DNA of 19,951 bases from Cyanobacteria bacterium P01_D01_bin.156 (GTDB lineage: Bacteria > Cyanobacteriota > Cyanobacteriia > Phormidesmidales > Phormidesmidaceae): positions 1 to 19,951 of the forward strand of contig JBCCQQ010000089.1 in NCBI GenBank assembly GCA_039024555.1, in the 5' to 3' direction. The translations under genes and the position numbers were made by a program. Positions 14,990 through 19,951 of the stretch are shown piece after piece. Below the pieces are notes generated by a model. It ran no database searches. It was not told the DNA's origin and worked only from the letters and a program-made list of their open reading frames with translations. How positions within the stretch are numbered: position 1 is the first letter of the stretch; each line of letters opens with the position of its first letter.

Positions 14990-15041
14990 GCTTAAGACAA
15001 GGGGGGTGAATAATTGGGGCAACACTGACCATAATGACAGG

Positions 15042-16196
15042 TTAAGTTGGAGGCGGTATTGTGGCTATTTTAGCGGATGTATTCTGGGCAATAATATTTC
15101 CTTTGCGATCGCACAGCACCACTCCCACCTCTACCCGCACATTGGCATACTTCTGAATATAGGCTTGGGCGCGATCGCTAATTTGTCTTGCCAACAACCC
15201 AAATACCGGATCTGCCAACTTTGCTTCTATCAGCAGTTCATGGGCTGCCGCTGCAGTAGGAGCTGCTAGCACGGCACGAATTACCGCCAGACAATCAATT
15301 GCTTCCGGCATCTCCTCCACTTGAGCAATCGCCGCTGCCAGTATCGGCAGTTTGCCATCCGCCACATGACTCGACGTGTTGAAAATCCCCCCTGCCAGCT
15401 TAACCAGCTTGCCGTGATAGCCCAGCAACACAACAGATTCTGCCCCCCGTACCCCTGCTTCCACCAGCATCGGCCCCAACCAGTTACCCGTCTGCACAAT
15501 ATGTTGCGAACCAATCCCTAATCGTTGCGCCGTACGCTGACCATTGTGACCAATGCAAAACACCAGATGCGGCGTTATCTGCACAGCCTTTTGTAAATTC
15601 GCTCGATAGTCTTCTAGCTGGTCAGTAGATGAGTGGGGTTGGGAAATGCCACTGGTGCCCAGGAGAGCTAGCCCCTCCAAAATGCCAAAGGCCTCATTGG
15701 ATGTACGCTGGGCTAACCGACGCCCTTCTGGCAGGATAATGCGAACTGTGGCCTGATGCTGTGCTGGAATTAGGGGACGAATATTGATATCGAACAGCTT
15801 GCGGGCATAGGCATAGAAGGCGGGTTCTCCGGTGACGGTATGACCGATGCCTTCACCGGCTTCTAAAGTTAGATTGTTGTTGGTCTCCGCATTGATTTGT
15901 TCTAGATTTACCCAGGCCCAAATGGGGGTATTGCGGGTTAAGTCGAGATTATCGCCGGGGTCGCTGAGGCAGATGCCCAGGGCAGTAGTGGTGGTGAGAC
16001 TGGCGACTTGTTGGATGATAATGTCAGCATTACCAGGAGATAGGTCAATAGTGATTTGTGTTGCTTGTGGGTTATCTGTTTGGAGAGTAACCGATCTATT
16101 GTCTTTGTCTTCACTCTTTTGGGCAAGCAAATGGATCAGGGCAGCTTTAGCGGCAGCAACAGCAAAGACTGGTAGTGTGTAGCCAGCTCGGGCCAT
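15042..16196 (-). CDS. cbiD: Cobalt-precorrin-5B C1-methyltransferase CbiD
   Basis: MARAGYTLPVFA, SDPGDNLDLTRNT, AGEGIG, LAQRTSNEAFGILEGLALLGTSG and GYHGKLVKLAGGIFNTSSHVAD. Confidence 0.96.
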   Translation of the reverse strand: MARAGYTLPVFAVAAAKAALIHLLAQKSEDKDNRSVTLQTDNPQATQITIDLSPGNADIIIQQVASLTTTTALGICLSDPGDNLDLTRNTPIWAWVNLEQINAETNNNLTLEAGEGIGHTVTGEPAFYAYARKLFDINIRPLIPAQHQATVRIILPEGRRLAQRTSNEAFGILEGLALLGTSGISQPHSSTDQLEDYRANLQKAVQITPHLVFCIGHNGQRTAQRLGIGSQHIVQTGNWLGPMLVEAGVRGAESVVLLGYHGKLVKLAGGIFNTSSHVADGKLPILAAAIAQVEEMPEAIDCLAVIRAVLAAPTAAAAHELLIEAKLADPVFGLLARQISDRAQAYIQKYANVRVEVGVVLCDRKGNIIAQNTSAKIATIPPPT

Positions 16197-16269
16197 AGGG
16201 TCTCCTTGTGTTGTGTTTGATGGCTTAGTTTTGGGGTATCTAGGTTAAAAAGACAAGGATTTGGGCCAC

Positions 16270-16525
16270 TGGAGGCAGAGGCGCTTCATGTGCACCCGAG
16301 AAAATCTGTAAGGCTTATGACTTTGTGTATGCTGAATCGAGATTATGCTCGCAAAGAGCTAAAACCGGTTGCTTGGGGCCCCTCCGAGTTCCCCACACCC
16401 CCATGGCTAGGGCCGGTAGGCCGCCCTAGGACCCAGCCTACTGAGTTGTCTTCAATTGCATTACAGTAGGGGTTACGGCGGGGACGATTAGTCAGGTTAT
16501 CGAATTGTTGTTTGGCCTACCTCCA
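16270..16525. repeat. Dispersed structured repeat, copy 2 (core 16361-16520)
   Basis: Direct repeat of 12247-12496. It is bounded by an imperfect 9-bp inverted repeat, TGGAGGCAG (16270-16278) / CTACCTCCA (16517-16525). Confidence 0.9.
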
Positions 16526-16571
16526 AGCAGAAGCGGCAACGATTGTATCCGTTTTGGTTTGGTTTGTGTGT

Positions 16572-17327
16572 TTAACGATTTTTCATTGTTGGATAAAGGG
16601 TTTGCTGACAAAATTCAAGGACTCTCTCTAAGTTATGGGTTTGTTGGGAATAGGCTATTGCAGGACGGGCAATGACTAATAGTCTCACTCCTAATGCTTT
16701 TGCGGCGGCTAATTTTATGGGTACGCCGCCAGGTACGCCGCTGGCTTTGGTGATGACTGTATCCACACTGAGTTTTTGCCAGAGGGTTTGTTCTGCTAGG
16801 GCATTGGTGGGGGAGCGATCGCAAATTAGCTGCGCGGGTGCAAATCCAGCCTGGATGGCTTGGTCTCTGGCCGTTGGCAAGATTCTGGCCCAGAGATGCG
16901 CCCGCTGTTGCCAGGGTTGAAATCTATGCAGGGCTTTGATGCCCAGGGTGAGTAAGACACGACGATTTTCTAGATAGGTAGGCTGTAATAGGGTGTTTAA
17001 ATCCGGTACGGATTCGGCGGGGGGCTCTAGGGACGTCGTCTGTCGTTCAAACCGTAGGTAGGGCAAGCCAGTGGCTATGGCCTGTTTGGAAATTTCGGTG
17101 GCAAAGGGATGGGAGGCATCGACAATGGCGCGAATGCGGTGTTGTTGAATTAGGGATTGCATATCCGCAAGTGATAAGGCCCCTGACTGTATGGGACCGG
17201 GTAACCCTTCATAGAGTCGGGCGGCGGTGGGGGAAACCACCGTGACTAGCCACGGCAGCCCTTGCTGAGTTAAGTGCTGGGCAAGGGCTCGACTTTCGCT
17301 GGTTCCCCCAATGAGCCAGATGGTCAC
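16572..17327 (-). CDS. cobK: Precorrin-6A/cobalt-precorrin-6A reductase (CobK/CbiJ)
   Basis: IWLIGGTSESR, IVDASHPFA, YLRFER, VLLTLG, ARILP, VITKASG..GG...K and VIARP. The GTG start overlaps the cobM stop (GTGA). Confidence 0.95.
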   Translation of the reverse strand: MTIWLIGGTSESRALAQHLTQQGLPWLVTVVSPTAARLYEGLPGPIQSGALSLADMQSLIQQHRIRAIVDASHPFATEISKQAIATGLPYLRFERQTTSLEPPAESVPDLNTLLQPTYLENRRVLLTLGIKALHRFQPWQQRAHLWARILPTARDQAIQAGFAPAQLICDRSPTNALAEQTLWQKLSVDTVITKASGVPGGVPIKLAAAKALGVRLLVIARPAIAYSQQTHNLERVLEFCQQTLYPTMKNR

Positions 17328-18115
17328 GCGTTTGCTTTTGCTAAATGGGGCCGGAAGAGATGGCTGTGGCCTGGATTGTATAGCTGCGATCGCGCCTCGG
17401 CTTGGGCTGCCAATGCCGGACTAATCAGGTACATGACGGTACGATCGTGGCCTGCTTCTTTGGTCATAGCCGCCATGGTGTCCAAACTCCCCAGACGAAT
17501 CTCTTCATCGGGCCAGCCCAGTCGATAACAAAGGGCAATGGGGGTATCTGATGGATAGTGGGTGAGCAGTTTATCCTGGGCATCGTTGGCATGGCGTGCG
17601 CTGAGATACAGACAGAGGGAGGCACGGTGAGCGGCCAGGGAGGCTAAGTCCTCATCCCCTGGTACATTGGTGCGGCCCTGGACTCGTGTGAGGATAATAC
17701 TCTGCACCAGTTGGGGCACGGTTAGCTCTGCCTTTAGACGGGCTGCGGCCAGTTGAAACGCACTTACCCCCGGCACAATTTCAAACGGGAGCTGATGCTT
17801 GAGTAAAAAGGCGGTGAGTTCATGGAGGGCACCGTACAGACAGGGATCGCCATCTTGTAACCGCACCACTCGCTTTCCCTGATTTACCCGTTCTTGTAGT
17901 AGCGGCAACCAAGTTTCTAGGGTATGGGACCGGGTATCAATGGTTTCTGCTGACTGGCACCATTGCAGCATTTGCTCGGGTACCAGCGACCCGGTGTAAA
18001 AAACGGTATCTGCCGCTGCTAAAAGTGTCTGACCGCGAACGGTAATCAGGTCTGGGGCACCGGGACCGGCTCCGATAATATGGACTGGAAATTGTGAGGT
18101 GATGGATTGGCTCAT
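17324..18115 (-). CDS. cobM: Precorrin-4/cobalt-precorrin-4 C11-methyltransferase (CobM/CbiF)
   Basis: IGAGPGAPDLITVRG, YTGSLVP, VVRLQDGDPCLYGA, VPGVSAF, ELTVPQLVQSIILTR, LCLYLS, WPDE and RSQLY. Confidence 0.96.
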   Translation of the reverse strand: MSQSITSQFPVHIIGAGPGAPDLITVRGQTLLAAADTVFYTGSLVPEQMLQWCQSAETIDTRSHTLETWLPLLQERVNQGKRVVRLQDGDPCLYGALHELTAFLLKHQLPFEIVPGVSAFQLAAARLKAELTVPQLVQSIILTRVQGRTNVPGDEDLASLAAHRASLCLYLSARHANDAQDKLLTHYPSDTPIALCYRLGWPDEEIRLGSLDTMAAMTKEAGHDRTVMYLISPALAAQAEARSQLYNPGHSHLFRPHLAKANA

Positions 18116-18466
18116 GGGCTAAATAAGTCTTTCACTCTCCTTAGGAATTCCTCAGGCACTGGCGTATGGGTTGGCTAATAAACAATCAGCCTGGCTATGG
18201 TTTGTTATGCAGTGGTGAGAGTTTTATTTTCCTTAAGTTATGACTGGAACCGACGCCTACTTATCAATTGTCAAACCATCTCAATATTTTGAATGATGGT
18301 AACTTCGAAACAATTGTTAAGGTTTTAAGAAAAATTGGTGACATGACCCTTTAGAGGGGCAAGGGCCTGTTAAGTAGGTAAATAAAATTATGTTTAGTAT
18401 CAACATTTCGTAAGCATCTCCAATAACATAGCCGATACCACAACCCATACAGCCCATAGCCAAACC

Positions 18467-18718
18467 ATGCACCAATTAACCATCCACTACCCAGAAACCT
18501 TCCCCGACGTTGTTGGCAGTAGCCAAGAACAATTCGAGCAAGAAGCCAAATGGGCCATGGCCGTCAAACTATTTGAGATGAAACGCCTCTCCTCCGGCAT
18601 GGCCGCCACCCTGATCAATGTTGATCGCGTCACCTTTCTCCTCAAACTTGCTGACTATGGTGTCCCCATGATCGACCTCACCGAAGACGAACTGCTCTCA
18701 GACCTCGCCAATGCCTAG
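18467..18718 (+). CDS. UPF0175-family protein (putative antitoxin)
   Basis: 83 aa; AMAVKLFEMKRLSSGMAATLINVDRVTFL HTH-like signature and an acidic tail. Overlaps the next gene by 8 nt. Confidence 0.9.
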   Translation: MHQLTIHYPETFPDVVGSSQEQFEQEAKWAMAVKLFEMKRLSSGMAATLINVDRVTFLLKLADYGVPMIDLTEDELLSDLANA

Positions 18719-19211
18719 ACCCCAGAGCATCGTCATCAACACCTCGCCACTGCTGGCCCTGATTGCAGCTTGGGGCAATCTAACCAGATTAAGCTCCCTA
18801 TACGCAGAGGTTTTAGTCTCCTATGAAGTCACCCAGGAAATCCTTGAAGGTGGGGTGACTAATTTTGGCATTACTGAATTTCAAGCTGCCGACGGGCTCA
18901 CCAAACTCGATCAGCCACTGACCATTGCCCCGTTTTTGCGCAACTCCCTCGACCTGGGCGAAGCATCCGTCATTCAGCTCGCCCTAGATCGCTCTATTTC
19001 AACTGTCTGTATAGATGAAGCCGTTGGCAGACGAGTTGCTAGGTTAAACGGTTTGACCGTAACCGGTTCCGTTGGAATTTTGCTCAAAGCCAATCAGCAA
19101 AATCCGGTACTGTCAGTCAAAGCAGCCATCACTAATATGCTCAATCGTAATATTCGACTCAGCCAATATGTTATTGATTTTGCCTTGAAACAATCTGGTG
19201 AATCTATGTAA
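18711..19211 (+). CDS. DUF3368-family PIN-like protein (putative toxin)
   Basis: IVINTSPLLAL, LDLGEASVIQLA and CIDEAVGRRVARLNGLTVTGSVGIL; the typical partner of UPF0175. Confidence 0.9.
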   Translation: MPRPQSIVINTSPLLALIAAWGNLTRLSSLYAEVLVSYEVTQEILEGGVTNFGITEFQAADGLTKLDQPLTIAPFLRNSLDLGEASVIQLALDRSISTVCIDEAVGRRVARLNGLTVTGSVGILLKANQQNPVLSVKAAITNMLNRNIRLSQYVIDFALKQSGESM

Positions 19212-19749
19212 ATTTCCCTGATGAGTGTTGATGTAACCTCTTTGGTTCGATGTGGGTAATGCTTGCACCATGGACAGCTGCCGGTAAAGTCCTTGGCTTG
19301 GGTTGCATAGGGATGACTACATAAAAACCATGAAACCCTTACGTAACAATTCTTACTCAATAGCTCATATAGATCATAAAAGACACCTTAAAACTTTCTG
19401 TATAACTCCGGCTGCGGAGTATTTATTTAGGTAAATTCATAATTAGTTTTTAAGTCAATTTTCTGGCGGAGTAACCTGGAAAACCAACTGCCAATAAACA
19501 TTTACATCCCTAAGGTTTTGCTCATTTGGGAACCACCTTGCTTTGAACAACTCCGGTGTAGCGCTGTAAGCTAAGTTTACTCTCTGAGCAGCTATCTGAG
19601 ACATTGCTACAGGCTCGCACAATAGCCTATCCATGGCCTTGAGTCAAAGATTTCTCTACTATTAAGTAAGTTGCTGTATTTAATATTCATAATAGAACAA
19701 TCAAAAGGTAATACATGATTAAAGAAATCTTAGGCACTGGAGAAATTTG

Positions 19750-19815
19750 ATGAAATGGATTGTTGAAAACAAGGAATGGATTTTTAGTGGGATAGGAGTA
19801 TTTTTTCTTTCACTA
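19750..19815 (+). pseudogene. 5' part of a small membrane-protein gene interrupted by an IS
   Basis: GGAG precedes ATG 19750, which opens MKWIVENKEWIFSGIGVFFLSL. The hydrophobic helix breaks off exactly where the IS terminal repeat begins; read-through would end at TAA 19918-19920 (56 aa). Confidence 0.65.
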
Positions 19816-19951
19816 AGGAATAGGGATTTAATAACTTCCAGTTTTATATTTGTTGTGGTTGAGCAACATAATTCCATTGAGGTAGATAGTCATCGAAGCG
19901 AATGGGCATCTGAGCCTTAAACTCATCGGTAGCTTTACGTCCGGTCTCATA
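19816..19951 (-). mobile_element. ISAzo13-family insertion sequence, right end (continues beyond the window)
   Basis: The transposase C-terminus is followed by the IR-like GGAAGTTATTAAATCCCTATTCCT(TAG). The exact end is uncertain by 1-3 nt. Confidence 0.75.
19844..19951 (-). CDS. ISAzo13-family (Rhodopirellula-type DDE) transposase, C-terminal 35 aa, partial
   Basis: Hand translation gives YETGRKATDEFKAQMPIRFDDYLPQWNYVAQPQQI*, with the Y.TG.K...F...M.I.FD..LP.WNY signature. Confidence 0.8.
   Translation of the reverse strand, partial: YETGRKATDEFKAQMPIRFDDYLPQWNYVAQPQQI

Larger units (their letters stand above)
232..17393. repeat. HIP1 octamer GCGATCGC, 15 dispersed copies
   Basis: Copies start at 232, 976, 1681, 2552, 3454, 4204, 4430, 5457, 10809, 11474, 13381, 15105, 15171, 16815 and 17386. 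Fewer than one is expected by chance in 20 kb; this is a hallmark of cyanobacterial genomes. Confidence 0.9.

Noticed and set aside
2785..16196. CobN (late-insertion chelatase) together with CbiD (early-insertion pathway) as a novel hybrid pathway
   Set aside because: This combination is common in cyanobacteria, so it is not novel by itself.
3626..17528. Numerous 60-120-aa ORFs antisense to or overlapping cobN, cobQ, cbiB, cobH, cbiD, cobK and cobM
   Set aside because: These are shadow ORFs of well-supported genes and have no recognisable motifs.
18116..18466. Riboswitch or long inverted repeat upstream of cobM (GTATGGGTTG vs CAACCCATAC; GGCTATGG vs CCATAGCC)
   Set aside because: The matches are only 8-10 bp and ~260-280 bp apart, their order does not nest into one stem, and there are no riboswitch core motifs.
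19455..19634. 59-aa minus-strand ORF (MDRLLCEPVAMSQ...QVTPPEN)
   Set aside because: No clear RBS, no motif and short; it cannot be distinguished from chance.
1..19951. CRISPR array, tRNA or rRNA genes
   Set aside because: No regularly spaced 25-40-bp repeats, cloverleaf signatures or rRNA-like sequence were seen.

Overview
Cyanobacterial DNA (15 GCGATCGC HIP1 octamers counted) carrying a cluster of nine cobalamin-biosynthesis genes: cobO, cobN, cobQ, cbiB, cobD, cobH, cbiD, cobK and cobM. Accessory DNA is interspersed: a pirin + ABM-domain pair, an AT-rich island between cobN and cobQ, a PD-(D/E)XK-like gene and a UPF0175/DUF3368 toxin-antitoxin-like pair. Both window ends run into insertion sequences missed by the ORF track: an IS256-family left end (1-138) and an ISAzo13-family right end (~19816-19951) that interrupts a small membrane-protein gene. 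The most interesting signal is in the island. A 119-aa ORF ends in CTT TTT CGT TAA, and the +1 frame is open from there through a start-less, TM-encoding stretch into a long coiled-coil ORF. This suggests a programmed +1 frameshift (UUU_CGU type) giving a 613-aa fusion. Other unannotated structure includes two direct copies of a ~250-bp hairpin-rich element (160-bp core, 147/160 identical) and a decayed RAYT transposase 3' end flanked by inverted REP hairpins. All family calls come from motif recognition by eye; no database searches were run.
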